Of a stretch of 64,000 bases of DNA, positions 1 to 14,130 are shown in pieces. The number at the start of each line of letters is the position of its first letter. The first letter of the stretch is position 1. The translations under genes and the position numbers were made by a program. This stretch comes from Takakia lepidozioides (lineage: Eukaryota > Plantae > Bryophyta), in contig CM060734.1 in assembly GCA_030704615.1 (NCBI GenBank), positions 4,588,001 to 4,652,000 of the forward strand. The letters run 5' to 3'. The notes under the pieces are model-generated. The model searched no databases, was not told the origin of the DNA, and worked only from the letters and a program-made list of their open reading frames with translations.

Positions 1-509
1 TGGGACTCATCACGGTCCATTGGGGCAGCTGGTGTTAGTTTTTAATTTCCTGGGTCCAATGGCCCAGACTCCCCGCGACTCACCACCGGGGTCGAGGGTT
101 TTCCGTGGTGGTTCGCCAAAAATGTGCATGGCTGGTTATGAAACCCCCGCGGACAGCTACACAGTATGCTGGGAGTAGTAACCCCGAGAACGGGCAAGCC
201 CGTTGGACCAAAAACTAGTGAGTAAGCGAGCGAGCCGGAAAGCGACCAAAGAGTGGGGAGCTGTTCCGGACTGCCATCTACCAAAGGGAATTCTAAGTCC
301 CAAATAGGTGGAGGTTTAGGTGGAAGCGGAAGGGGCCACCCGTGCTATAGTTCCTTACTCTCCTCCTTTCCTATTCCCCCAAGCGTCAGGTTATCCATCG
401 TGAGAGCCGAAACTCCAGTTGCCGACGGCCAGGTTGGGAGTCAGGCGCGCGCATCAAAGCGAGTAACTATGACTTGACAGGGGAGTTTACGGAACTGAGG
501 TGTGCGACT
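1..509 (+). mobile_element. 3' part of a Gypsy LTR (same family as LTR 20041-20765), inserted into an older Gypsy pol
   Basis: Aligns by eye with 20318-20765 (e.g. GAAACCCCCGCGGACAG, CAAAAACTAGTGAGTAAGCGAGCGAGCCGGAAAGCGACCAA, GCGCGCGCATCAAAGCGAGTAACTATGACTTGA). Ends GTGCGAC with no PBS after it, so it is a 3' or solo LTR. Confidence 0.85.
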
Positions 510-2273
510 ATAGAGCGTTAGAAGACGCGTCCTGTGGTGTGACTCAACCTCTTCAGCAGTGACCACTGCCTCCTCTGTCAGTGACAATGTCTCATCCTGC
601 CCCATCATCCCCTCCTTGAGGACCTCCTCAACCGAGAAAAATCCCAACCTGATCCATCACCGCCGCCTTGGCTGACAACTCCTTCTGAACCTCGAGCACC
701 TCCCACGTGTGCCCTGGATGTGGCCTGCCCTCGTGGTCCTCAACACCTGCGGCCCCCACTCGCTGCCTGTACGTCTCGGTAGGCAGGGAGACCATGAGGG
801 AAGGTACTCCGTACTCGCGCTGCTCCGGCATAGCCAAGCTATAATCCAGGTCAAGCAATGAGATCCAGTGCTTGCCCCAACACCTGACGACGTGATGCTC
901 AGAAAGAGATGACACGCCGTGGTACTGTGGTAAAACCTATCGCCCCGTCGCGCTCGTCAGCATTGGTTCCATAATTGTTGCAACTGGTATCCACAAGAGG
1001 CAGGTCCACCATCCCGAAAGCATGGGATCCTGGGAAGCTGAGCAGTGTAGGTCATGCTGCTCGTGGTTGACCCACCCTGTTGACCACTGCCAAAGGCGAA
1101 CGGTCATCGTGTCTCACACGTTGAGACTGCCTCCTGTGTCCAAAATGCTATCAACTGTGAGGTGTGATGGCCGTCTGCACCCATCAAAGCACGCTTGAGC
1201 AGTGCGGGTGCATCAAGTTAATCCACCATAGCCGTAGACGATGAGCCCATGACCCCACTGCAGCTGCATCCAGCAACACTGCTGACCCAAGCCATGACCG
1301 GACTTGATGTACACTGGCCATCACCCTGGCCCGAGAATCACCCTCAGTGGCCCACATTCTCCAAGAGTATGCTTAGAGATACAGCTTAATGAAGCGCAAG
1401 TGACGCAAAATCCGCCCATCTCCCAAAACAGACCGTCCCGCGAGTCTCGCAATCCATTGCCATGCCGGCTGATGAATGCCTTGGCAGGGCCAACTGCCCA
1501 CTACCAGATCAAATGAGCCAACCGCTCCAAATCTTGCGCCCCAACAAACGAAATGTCTGCTGGCCAAGCTTGTGTTGGATCCACGAACTGCAGACACTGA
1601 CAACAAATCAGGGTACTACTGTACCAACTGAGCAACATGACGCAGTGAGACGCGTCGTGCAGTCTCATCCCTCTCCACATATAGGTAACGTCAACTCGTT
1701 ACACTTGCCTGCAGTACATACAGCCAATCCAGTGCTGATCCCGCCAAACAAGTCCGAAAGCATATGCCTTCATCCGGGCACTGACACAAAAGAGGTGTGG
1801 TGTCCAATGATGACAACTGAGGGGGTCCTGGTGCAATCACCCGCTCTCTCTTATCCTGACGGTACGAAGGCCTCTACCCAGGCTTGTTGTACCCGTTCCA
1901 TCAGCAGCCTGCTGCAAATCCTTGCTCGTACCCCATAATGGAGTGTGAGCAACCATGACAGACAACTCGCCGTACCATGTATATCATCCTGCTCTCTGGA
2001 GTGGCACATCCTCTGCATGGCATTGCCTTCCAGCAACTCTCCAGGCCAACTAACTGCAGCTGTAAAGGCGGCTTAGTGTTGGCATCTTGCCCCGCTGGGC
2101 AGCGCAATACCCCAATAAATGTCACAGGGAGCTGTGCACGACGACCATCCTCTGACTGCCATCCAGGCCTGTAGGATGCTGACTCTTCCTAAAAGTCCAG
2201 GGTGAAGCCCATGGGATATAACACTGCCCCACAAACAAGGACATCGTAAGAGACCGCGTCTGTCACAATGGCC
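510..2273 (-). mobile_element. Degenerate Ty3/Gypsy-type pol fragment: protease C-terminus, C5-DNA methyltransferase, acidic linker
   Basis: Minus-strand translation near 2230-2273 gives EAIVTDAVSYDVLV, resembling a retropepsin C-terminal strand. It is followed by DNMT motifs. Many indels; no RT seen in this fragment. Confidence 0.65.
840..1790 (-). pseudogene. C5-cytosine DNA methyltransferase domain (DNMT3-like), frameshifted
   Basis: Motifs in canonical order across frameshifts: I DLFGGISTGLA (~1722-1754), II YLYVERD, IV DLVVGSWPCQG (~1479-1510), V GLRDSR..LFWE, VI LLENV (~1352-1367), VIII AHRLRLWWIN (~1217-1246), IX ADER..AIGF, X RRQVLGQALDL (~860-892). Confidence 0.85.
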
Positions 2274-4772
2274 TCGGTTTCCAGAATATCATCCGTCGTG
2301 GATGACATCCGTCATGGATGAAAACGCGAGCCAGTCATCAGGTTTTACGTAGTCATACGAAAAAATACTCGGCTGTCATTAGTCATCCATCCAATTTTTT
2401 TCTTAAGGTTTCCATCCATTATGGATGAAACCCTACTAGGTCCATTAGGGATTATAAAAATTCCACACTAGGTATAGTACTAGAAAAAAATGTTAAAATC
2501 CCAAACATGTATCTGGAGAGAGGGAGAGAGAGGGAGAGAGAGGGCTCCCGCCATCCAACCCCTGGTATGGCAGTCCTGTACGGAGTGAGTGTGGTATGCA
2601 CTCACCCCGTAAGGGAGCGCATACCAGACTCCTTCACGTAAAGCTCTCCCTCTACATTGTATTTTTATCCTTGGTCTTGAAATACCATAAGGATAAAATG
2701 CCTCCAATCTCTCCTCCCATACCAAGAATGAACAATGGCTTAGCACGAAACATGTTGTGCAAAACAGAGTACAGAGTTTCTAGGTTCCCTTTTATCTTGT
2801 CAACACAGCCTTCACAACAGGCCTGTGTATAGGGATTATGAGTGTTCCTCAACCAAGGGCAGCAAACAGCTTGTAACATGCCAACATCGCCTTCACAAGT
2901 CAGGACAGGCATGAGTATAAGAATTATCAATGTACTTCAGCCAATGGCAGCACACTACTGCACATAATTTCACCCAGTTAGCCAATTTTCTGGTTACAGA
3001 AGCAAATTTCCTAATAGATAAAATCATACCATATTAGGGATTTAGTGCTCCATATTACTGACATGGAGGTAAGGTGGGCTGATACCTCATGGTCAAGTGA
3101 TCAATGACATAACAAGAATACAGCTGGACAGGTAGAGTCGTGACTTTTCCATGTTACCTCTTAGCCGTTGAACAAGCTGTGGTTTCCAGGTTACCTTTTA
3201 TGTTGTCAACATAACCTTCACAAAGTTGGACATGCATGGCTTTCAGTTTGTCAACATCGCCTTCACATAAGTGGACAGGCACGAGCATATGAATTATAAG
3301 TTTTCTCCAGCCAAAGGCAACAAATTGCTGCACATCATTTCACCCTATCAGTCACATTTAACCAGGGAAGGATCCTTGTTCGCGAGGAACCTTATACTGA
3401 TGTGAGTCAGCTTACTGGTTTCAGAAATATTTCCAAGGGTATGAATCAGTAAATAAACATTTCTTTCCAAGCCGTATCGACGTTGCCGGAAAAATACAGA
3501 ATGGGAGAAGCCAGTGAGATAACATATTAATATTGATTCGCCGGTCTATTCCCTAGTCACCACATACTACACTCTGGGGCAATTTTTTAGTGGTGGTGCA
3601 AGGAGCGAGGCCACATACAAGAGAAACATAAAAGCTTAAGAGCCGGAAGGTATCTAAGAGTGACACGAGGCATCGGCTACAAGAGACGAGCTAAACAGAG
3701 TAATGTACATTGACCGGATCATGTAGAAGATGTACACATATACTCGATTATGTTGTTTACAAGGGCCTAGCTCACAATATCAGCTCTCAGGTCTACCTTA
3801 GAAACACACTGCTTATGATGCCTTTCTCACCAAGCTCAAATCACACAAATTCTTGCTGGACAGGATTATACCTTACTGGTACCCCATGGCTTTGAGCCCA
3901 TAACTCCAATCTGGAGTGCACTTGCTAGAACTCCTTGGCTTTGAGTTCATCACTCCAAATCGGAGTGTATTTGCTACCTTTCTGTCAAAGCCAAAGAAAT
4001 GTAAGTACATCAACATGAAAAGACGGAACAAGAAAAGAGAGGGGTAGATGGGGGTGACGTACAAACACCACGTAAGTACAATGGTCAAAGGAAGAGAGGG
4101 AAGATATTTAATGTAATGTCAAGACACAGACAAGACCAGTAGGGTCGTTGTGAATTAAAGACATCATCCGCCCTTTACAGGGCACCCATCTAACACGCCC
4201 TTCCATGCACATCTCCTCAAATGATTGAACTGTAGATTTCAAAGTACATGAAATATCAGGGTGGGAGGGTGGGGTTTTTTTTATCTTTTTTTAAAAAGAC
4301 CATTATCATTCAAAGCAGACCATCGACCCCCTTGCTTTATACCATTTGCAGCAGCTCAGTTGGATCTGAGAGGGCCTGCCTGAGAAAGTCTTCATTCCAA
4401 AGTCTTCATTTCATAAGAAACAGTCCTATGCCATGGGCAGGTATGAATAAAACACTTCACAGGTCTGGATATAATGTTCCAGAACCCTAGCATGTCGTTT
4501 TCAGTGCATCACACATGAATGCGCCATGGTTTGCCCTCTCTCTCCCTCTCTCCAGACATGGTGGGATTTTAACATTTTTTCTAGTATTATAATTATTCCT
4601 AGTGTGGAATTTTTATAATCCCTAATGGATCTAGTAGGGTTTCATCCATAATGGATGGAAACCTTAAGAATTTTTTTTGGATGGATGACTAATGGACAGC
4701 CGAGTATTTTTCGTATGACTACGTAAAACCATGACGGATGTCATCCACGACGGATGATATTCTGGAAACCGA
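2274..4772. mobile_element. Non-autonomous element with long (~270 bp) inverted repeats (MULE/Pack-MULE-like)
   Basis: 2274-2545 is the reverse complement of ~4533-4772 (CATCC/GGATG-rich, GA-repeat at the inner end). No transposase inside; internal duplication ~2880-2985 / ~3250-3350. No TSD found. Confidence 0.7.
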
Positions 4773-7700
4773 CGGAAGTCATCCCTTCTGGATGAAAACC
4801 TGTGAATCTAGCTTTCAGAGCACGAATTAACGAGTGAAGGTGCTGGAAGGTCACAAGGGGCCTGGGACGAGCTCCCGCATGGAGCGCTATGAAAAACCCA
4901 AGGTTTTCCCTTGGGATAATTGAAAGTATGTTGTAAAATAAGTAATATTCGTCCAAGTGATAAAATAAATAGTATTCCCCTGCAAATGAGAAAGCAGGTT
5001 ATGAGAATTTTTTATTACATAGGGTATGTAGACAAAACATACTCTATGTGCTCTGGAAGCCCTGAAACAAATTCAAAGAAAAGTTTTAACGTCTCCTCCC
5101 ACTGTAGTTCTACCTTGTCTCCCGCGTCTAGCCAACCCACAGGGACCAACCAAGTCTTCCTGTATCTAGCTTTTTGCACATTGAAATGGTATTCATTCTT
5201 TTCAAACCCCAAACCCCCATACTTCTAAAAATCCATCTCATACAAAAAATCTACTCCTCCACTATCTAAAACTAACAAAGACATGCCAGAATACGCAAAC
5301 ACCAGGGCATGCAAAACAGAGAGGAGTACAAGCCTAATTTTGGGCTCGAGCTGTATTGTCTTTTGTCAACAGTAACATGATCAGCCACTCTGGCAGCTGA
5401 TGTGTGATATAGGAGAAGAAACTGGGCAGAGAGACTCTCATACCATATGCACCTGCGTATGTAGTGCTATTTTTTTGCAAACCCCTTCCGAATATAATAA
5501 TACTAATAATAATAATAAATTAATGGGAGCCAGAAGTCCACACTTCACATAACACTCTGAGTGGGTGGTTCATTTGCCTTTGATGCAGGGTCAGAAAGTG
5601 TTAGAGTGCAGACAGCAGAGGCACCACAATTGCAAAATGAATGTATGCCCACAGGTTGATTGATTCGGAGACAAGAATCTTGAAGAGATGAGGGCTTACA
5701 TATATTCCTGGTACACAAATTGAAGTCCTCAAGAAGTAGTTGGGAGAAAAGACTCACCCCAAGGCCACCCTCCGTCCAGGCAGCAGCCAGACCTGCACAT
5801 ATGACAAAAGGATTGTTCAGATAACAGTTCAAATAAGAACCACAACACCATTGAACAATAAACATGTGTATGGCAACACCACATGACTCCAACATCCTAA
5901 GCCAAGAAACACCTTCATGAAGAGTATATCCTGTCTTTCTTAGAGACTTTCCACTACTCTTTCGTCTTATTGAATGGTGGTCTGCTGATCAGGAAGTCTT
6001 ACTGGTGGCCGACAAGGTTAATAAAAAGAGCTTGACAGGCCTGTACATTACCCAAGATTTGAGTATTTCTTAGGAAGTAAGGACATGACCTTGTCTATGA
6101 ACTGCAAACAAAGAGAACCCAAACCAAGCACTGTCATACATTTAGCAAATAGAGGAGGTCATTGCCCTTGCAGCAGATTTAGAAACTGTTTATATAAACA
6201 TGTGATTCATTCATACCCTTCATTCAGAAGTCGCAATGCAGAACTCTGACATCAGGAAAAAAATGCAATAACAGCCAGAAAATCTTACAATCTGGAACCT
6301 GCACAAACCTCCAAAACAGTCCAACTTCTCATGAGGACTCTCACCGTGATAAGTGAGACTGACCCTTTGCTATTATTCAACCTGGTCTCTAGAGGCAGCT
6401 CTTTGTTTTCTTGGCGACCACACGAGTAAAGTCCCCCCTGCAGCAATGCATACCTGCCACCTCCACCATTTATTTCCTCCTCAAAAAGGAGTAAGAGAAC
6501 CTGATAGGGTAAACCATGTAACTATCTTAGAACCTGGAACATGAAAACCTTGCTCCAAAGGAGATAGGTACCCTTTCAAATTCTCTCCAGAGGAGAGGGT
6601 GTTGTCCCCACAGAGGCCACTAATCCGACACAGCCCTTCGTAGAGTCTAACTCTGTGGGGTGTGCAAATCAGCCTGAAAGTGCATCAGCACTCACTCTGG
6701 CAGAATTGTTAGTGTAGGCATCTACCTTGCATGTAATGCAAGTAGCTGTGGCTTGCCTACCGGGATATCGTAGAGAGGGAAGGGCAGAGGTCGAAACTAG
6801 TGAAAGAGTCTGGGAGAAAAACACGGGGCTCACAGAGAAAGGCTGTTCTCATCTTTTGCTCCAACCAACAAAAGCAAAGAGCATATCCAGATCAAGATAG
6901 TCAAGCGCTCATGACTGAGTATATATACATCCACGCTTCCATCTTCTCTCTCAACCTCTCAAATCAGGGGTAGCAGGATATGATATGAAGCAGGACAAAG
7001 GCACACCATCCACACTGGAGGCTGGCTCTAGCAGCCAAATCCTTGCTTTGTACCTGATATGTACGAGTGCCGAGAGCCAAAGGAAAGGTCAAGAAGACTA
7101 TGCTCTGTATGTTAATAATGAAACGGAGGAAAAAGGTTGCAAGCATACCCTTTCCGAGAACCGGCACGACCATCATAGGCAGTTTCACCAGGTGGCTCAG
7201 CACGGTACAAGGCACAACCATCAAACAGGCCTCGGCTGGCAAAACTCTACATGCCACGCATAATATCACCCATCCATCCACCTGTTTCCTTTCATATTAC
7301 ATCCATTTATCATTGTACCTGTTGAACTCCAAAACATTATTGCAGATTATGCTACCATAAGGCCTGTAATCACTTGCTTCTGAACTATTTTCACAAGGAT
7401 CAGAAAAGTGCAACAATGACTGAACACTACCAAGAAGTGAAGAACTATTTTCATTTCACTCTCAAGCTCTGAACCTTACTTGAGTGATAAAGCAATTCTG
7501 GGGTTAGGTAAAACAAAGTGTTAAATGTGCCTATCTAGTACTGAATGACTCTTGCAGACAGAGTACATAATCATTTTTTATTGCAGCCTTTGGTCAAACT
7601 GCATGAATAGGCGGGATAATCTGTCATATTGATAACTGATTCCACATTATCAGTTAGGCGGTCAACATGGTCCATTTAATTTGAAACAGAGGTGGAGATA

Positions 7701-9227
7701 CTGTCCCCCTCTTTCAGAAATGATCATGGACATTCAGAACCAGGTATTTTCTCTTGCACAAAGTGTCGTGAGCATATTTTAACTCACTGATGTGACTAAG
7801 TTTACAAGCAAAATAATCCATTTCACAGGAGTTCTGCCTCATAGTTGTGGAAGACTCTGATGCAAAGATGAGACTTACCAAGGGGGTGCCTCACCAGTCA
7901 CATGTGGCTAGATGAAAACCAATGTCGAGGAGGATGGGATAGAGGGACCTACCCCATATTTTGTTGCAAACACCAAAAGCTCCTTTTGCCTTAGTGGCAC
8001 CCCTTTTAACACACCCAACCCCCACCTCAGCAACGTCAAACCTTGAAGGGAGAGGGCATTACTGTATGCAATTCTAAACCATCAAAGTTATAAGCTAGAA
8101 TAACTTATCGCCAGTGGAATGTGGAGCAACACCTTTGATACACAAATATAACAATAAGGTGTCACTGACATTTTCAGCAAAGCTGTAAACTAGAATCTCT
8201 CATAGTTGTCAATGACACCTATGAGGACAGCGATTCTGCATAGGTGGGGTAAGCTATGCCGAGTTCACAAACATGCAGCAACATAAGCTACTCAAGACAA
8301 GTTTCATCCTTAGTCAATGCCTTTGGATCTCCTGAACGCTAACACTGGGCCTGACTCTCAAAAGCCCCTCTTTTTGTCAGTAGGTGACACTTCCAGGACC
8401 TTTGCATTGTGGCGGTTAACTTTTAGGTCAGAAACTATGCCTTGTTACTAGGCCTATCAGGCTAGCTCTGAGGGAAATAGTGGACACACCAATTTCAATC
8501 AATTTCAATCAATTTCAGAGCCAAAGCGTGGAGGGTGTCTATAAGTTACATTATCGTGACTTACCGAGTGACACTTGTACATATTAAGGAAAATCGCTGA
8601 GAGAGAGAGAGATTGTACTCATAAGACGTTGTTTGCCGTAGCCTTGTGGCCATTGACCCCGCGCCCAGTTTGAGCAGGAACAAAAGGAGAGAGAGAGAGA
8701 GAGACCCTGGTAGTAACGAGCTGATTACCGGGTTGTAAATGGGCGTTCAGTGTAGCCCACAAATGCGCCATCCCTCGAAATCCCGAAAGCAATGTGCGCC
8801 GTTGCCAACATTATAAGCGTACATACAGAAACTGTGTAGCCTTTCAAGCAAGTTTTCATCGGCTCCATTGCTTCCTACATTCCAACACAACCGAGAGAAG
8901 ACACATTAAACATCAACTGATCTTGAACTTGCATTCCTTTCGAACCTAAAGGCCTGCGGGTATTATAAACAATTTGAGGTTAACCATTCAACATATTTTC
9001 TTGCTCTCACAGGCTCGTCTGTTAGTCCATGCCAGGGAGAGATCTCAGAGGCTCAATTGGAGCAGGTAAATATCTGACAACAACTGCCAAGTGACAGCAA
9101 ACCTTGCAGTTCTAGTGACAGACAGATACACATAGAGTGCACCTCTGTATCTAAGGTGCTCTCCAGCAAGGGATACAACTTAAGTAATAATTTCAAACTC
9201 TAGAATACGTATTTTCAAGTTATATAC

Positions 9228-9310
9228 CTGAGACAAGCATCAGCCAAGGGCAGCGCCTGCTGGGGTGATGTACCTGCCCCTGTGAATCCATATAGAGCAT
9301 TTGAGCATAG
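9228..9310 (-). pseudogene. Isolated exon of a family-B DNA polymerase (pol delta-like motif B)
   Basis: AG/GT-bounded 83-bp exon translating LCSNALYGFTGAGTSPQQALPLADACL, similar to the K-x3-NSxYGFTGA motif. Flanking exons not recognised. Confidence 0.55.
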
Positions 9311-10079
9311 CTGCATTATAAAAAATCCCAGCCACAGTTAGAAATGTGCAAACCATGCATTTAGGACCATATACAAGATTCAGAAAATCAGCCTTGGCTG
9401 ACAGTCTCACAGAGGTTGTAAGGTGATATCAATTAGAAGTTCACTAGTTTGTGGACCCATAAATTGAGACTCCATCAATCAGTCAAAAGAGCGAACTGTG
9501 TCTGTCTGCGTCTACATTACCCACACCCCATGAACCGAGCGGGGGTTGAACCCACTTCTCTGCCCAGTCTTGCAGGAGGTCCCCCCCCCCCCCCCCAAAG
9601 CAAACCCAAAAACCCACGATCCACAAGCCCCCAAGCCAACTATCCCCCTACACCCTGCCTCACCCATTGGAAGAACCCCTCAACATTCCAAAGGCAGAAC
9701 CCCCAAACAACAAAAAAAACCCACCCACATATGCCCATGCTTCCCACCCACAAAATGCAATGGCTCATGCTTCCCGCCCCAAAAAGTTAAAGCCTGCCCA
9801 TGCAACACCCCACCATAATGGCGCATATCAATATTATGCACCAGCCAGTAAACCACCTGAACATACCAGCCCCACCAAAATCAACCACCAACGAGTCCCA
9901 CTCCCACGGATGACAGCAGCCCACACCCCACGTAAGGTGCTTCCGTGGTTTCCTCACTCTCCCAATTTCACTCACATCACTTCAAGCACTGACTAATGCA
10001 AGTTGCATTCTGGCATATCAGTAGCAGAGCTTGCATGCTAGAATGCTGGCTTGTAGTGCTGATTTGGTTTGTAAGGTCA

Positions 10080-13000
10080 TCATCCTGAGCCATCGTCTTG
10101 CCATGTCCACTCAATGGGTTCCCCATTGCGGCGACGTGTAACTCGGGCATCATGCAACACTCTCTCAAGAGAATGCCATGATGTAGTGCTTGTGATCCTA
10201 GAGGCCCTGTATCTCTTGAAGGGGCCAGCAGACACGCGGCCAACAACTTCCAACATGCACAACTCTACCTCCCCGACAAAGTAGTCTTGCTTTGCAAGTG
10301 GCCCTGCTGCGATTGCTTTCCTCATAGTTTCTTCTTCCTCGGGAGAATCCATTGTGAACCTTGGTTCAGAGACGCTCCTCACCATCGCCACCGAGAACGA
10401 CTCAGGGTTGCTATTCCTAACCATCACGACATCCCCTATTTCAGGATAAGGAGGGCAGTGGCTGGGCATGCATTGTTGAAATAGATGGTCGCGTGGTGTG
10501 ACATCCTCCATCTCGTATGCAACAAGAATCCCACTATTCTGTCCTGCCAAAGGCATTGGAATAAATTTGTGCATGAAGAGATGGGAGGGTCTGATATCAT
10601 TTCCAGGCCAACTTTGTGGACATGGTTGTAAGATAACCATACCAGTACAGCTATGTTTAAGCGCTACAGTAGACGATGACGGTGATGTTGCGACAGTGAA
10701 GTACTGGCCTTGGAAGAAAACTGTCACCATAAAACTCGTGAATGAAAAACCGGGTGATCTTGGCCTTCCATGTCCACGAGTGCCCTTCACAAGGCTCGTC
10801 AGGCTGAACAATAACAGAGTCACCCACTCGATATTCATTCCCTTGTGACAACAAAAAAGAGAAATCTTGCACCAAATTCTGAAAGAGTGCTGAATTTCCA
10901 TCGGTCATCACGCCAAGGCTTCTCCAAAACCGTTGCAAATACAAACCCATGTCTTCTGGGATGATTGATTTTGAGCACTTCTTCTTCTTCCCCACAACGA
11001 TGCCCTTCCTGACCAAGATTTGATTACATGAGCAATCTGGCAGCTGCTGTATCGATTTCCAGACTGCCCGCACAATCTCCTGAGATGGAACCACCATTAC
11101 ACAATCTTGGTGCCATGGTTCGCAGACTGTCATATCTTTGTGCATCACATGATGCACATCCCAAGGAACTTGGAGGTGTTTGTGAACCTCTGCCAATGCC
11201 CTAATACCTGGAAATAAACCATCGTTATCAAGTTGCACGGCCTTGTGAACTTTGGTGAACCAAACTCTCGAAAAATAGTCGTTGTAGGTCACCTCACTGT
11301 TAATCTGGTTCGATGAAATGTTCACAACATTTGAGACTTCTCTCTCAAAGGGGTAGCACTAGTAGACATCATGACACCCATGCCTCATTACATCGTCTAG
11401 GATCTTGCCACTACCTGTACAAAACCAGAACCAAAATCTTCATGAATAAGCCAGCAACACCAAAGTACCTTTATGTGGTCAGATTACTCAGAGAGCAATC
11501 AACTCAATGTCGTCAACCGTGTACACTTATTCATATAGGCTTCAATGGAGAATGTCAACCAAAACAAACAAACAAAAGGCTCCAAGTCACCGACAGAAAC
11601 ATCTAGGCCAGTACTCAGACTTCAATCTAGTTAAAAATGGTCAGCAAACCAAAAACAAAACAGCAGGTACGCAAAACATTTGCTACGTGCTCAAATGGAG
11701 AGGAATTGGGACCAGCACTCTCTTCCATTCTGATACGCCATGCTGCTAGTCGCATTTTGCATTCCCTTGGGTGTCCAGCCATACTTTCTACTATGACTAA
11801 AAAACATACGTCCAATTTCTGTGAGGAGCATCCTTGTAGAACCTAAAACAGAATCTGGTCCAATATTTAAGCGATCCAAAACATGTGGCAAACACCACAT
11901 AATCCAAATCTGAAATTCCTCAGCCTTGTAGTATCCCAAGGAGGATAAGTTCCTAGGCCATCTTGCCCCAAGTCCAAGGGGTCGAAGCTTCTTCACAGCA
12001 TCCAATGCGAGGTCAATCTCCCTAGTCTCACCATTTTCTCAGCATATTGCACTAGGATGTGCACATATTTTTTGAAAATGCAGAGTGGGAGGACGTGCAC
12101 ATCGTAGACAAGATCTCTAAGAATATCAAAACCATACAGGTTATATAACCTCCATAAAATGGAGTAGCCAGAGATACCTGCCTCTCGGCTTGTTACATCC
12201 TTCTCCCTCCCAACTGGTAATTCAAGCCACTGTTCCAACAACTCGGCTGTCATTTCCATAGTTCGAGTGGCAACTGGGTATCGATGTTGTTTCCTGTTAT
12301 TGTGGAATTCCGCTAAACCTTTGTTGCTATTGGGGATGCCTCGCCATCTCGATACAAGTATGTGGCATCTACAACATGAGTACCCACCCATCTTTAAACC
12401 TCCAACCTTGCACTCTGCTGGGTGGTCTCCGGTCCAGATTGTCACCATCACACGTAAGGTGATTTGTTCAATGATGGAGACCACATGGAGTTTGTCACTG
12501 ATGGCACCTGCAGGGTATGCATAGGCTACTGGAAATCCTTTGACAAAAGCTGCTTCCAAGTCCTTCACAAGTGGATGCAAAAATGAAGTCAAAGCGCTAC
12601 CATCTGCCTCTGCCTGTTGGATCAACTTCTTGGAGCTCGCAGGAATAAACAACACTGGGATCGGACCCACAGGGTCTACTTTCCCATCATTCAAAATAAC
12701 TAATTCCACTGCCTTTTGTTCCTCCACCAAAAGGTGAATTGCACAACCTTTGATGCTTGTCTTGGCCGTTGAAAACCCGTCCCAATGCAACATCAAAGCG
12801 AAATTTCTCGGATCACCCTGAATACAGAAACGAGGTCTAATAATTTGAACATGCTTTAGAATGTGATCAGTATGCATTGTAACTTACATTCTTCAGGATG
12901 TCCTGTCAATAAGACACTGCAACTCTAACATCCAGAGGCAAAATGTTACATGACTGGGTCTGGCTTACCTTTTCCATATGCCTTGAAGCTTCGATTCGAG

Positions 13001-14130
13001 TGGAGCATCCGGTACATGCAAAGACATAACATTGGGTCTCGATATACCAAGAATGAAGCAATTCATGACACTTTGTAGGAAAAGCTCTGAATGCATGTGA
13101 GCATCTTGTGTTGGGATAGATGACAAGACTCTCCCACTCTGCTTCAGGGTCCCAAAATGCCTGAAGTTCTCGAAATTTACTCCCATCAAAGTGTTCCTCA
13201 ATCTTGTCGCGCAACACACAAGGGTCCTTTCCTAGCCACCTGTCTTCGTTTCTCCATGTAGTCAACAATTTGTGAACCTGCTTTTACATAGGGCTGCTAG
13301 CAAGGGGCCAATCGGCATGTATTCAAAGGCCAAAATGCTCTTCCTCATCTTTGAACAAGTAGGACACTTGTCAGAGCATACTGAGCAGTCTCGTATCTTG
13401 CACCAGGGGTACTGCATTCACAACGTACCATCTCTGAACCTTCGTACACATATTCTAAACTTGGTGGCATCAATTGAGGTGAATGTGGCACTTCCTTTGA
13501 TCCCGTGCACAATCTCCACCGTTGGGCTTCTACCAATCCAAGGGTTTTATAATATTTATGTAACTATTTCCACGAGTTAGGTGCAACAGATTCTGCTGCT
13601 AAATCTCCTTTCCATTCGGGGCCAGCACGTGAGTAGTCCACCCAAAGATAATCCACTGTGATCAATGTTCCCGTCTTCAAGGGTTTTGGGCTCCTCTTGC
13701 AGACATCCAAATAACTCGTGTAACATTTGATTCTACAATCTAATGGGAATATGAGCCTCATCCCACATCCTTTGCAGCTCCACTATGCGACATGTGATGG
13801 CCTCTTGCAAGGTCAATGCTTGGGGTCCACCAGATGTCGGTGGCTCAATTGAAGGAGGAGGGTTGAGTTCCATGGGTGCATCTAAACTCTCTTGCACTGT
13901 CAAGTCCTGGGGTCCACTTGATGTCGGTACCTCAATTGAGGAGGAAGGGCCGGGTGCATCTCTGTCATGCATGGGTGCAGTCGCAGGTTAAGGTTATCAT
14001 CCTCAGCCAAATGCCTATACACTATCTGTCTGGACTGCCAACACCCTCGGAAAATTGAGCAAGGACATGGCATCCGATTTCCCTGCTCCATAGTCAACAC
14101 TTGATGTCAACACCTGATAACGTTCATGTA
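10080..14130 (-). mobile_element. CACTA/EnSpm (CMC)-like transposase gene, frameshifted
   Basis: N-terminal CPC...R..VYRHL (transposase-associated domain); CPTC..FEYMPI; EHFDGS; LMLHWDGF; WTGDHPAECKVGG..GYSCCRC; LYGFDILRDLVYDVH; RWPR..YYKAEEFQIW. ORFs 13900-14100, 12906-13268, 11993-12877, 11691-12005, 10657-11325, 10080-10901. Confidence 0.8.

Noticed and set aside
5015-8900. Several exon-like pieces and a possible LINE tail
   Set aside because: No family could be assigned with confidence.
9449-9996. P/K/H-rich ORFs
   Set aside because: Product of C/A-skewed low-complexity, possibly low-quality sequence; no domain.
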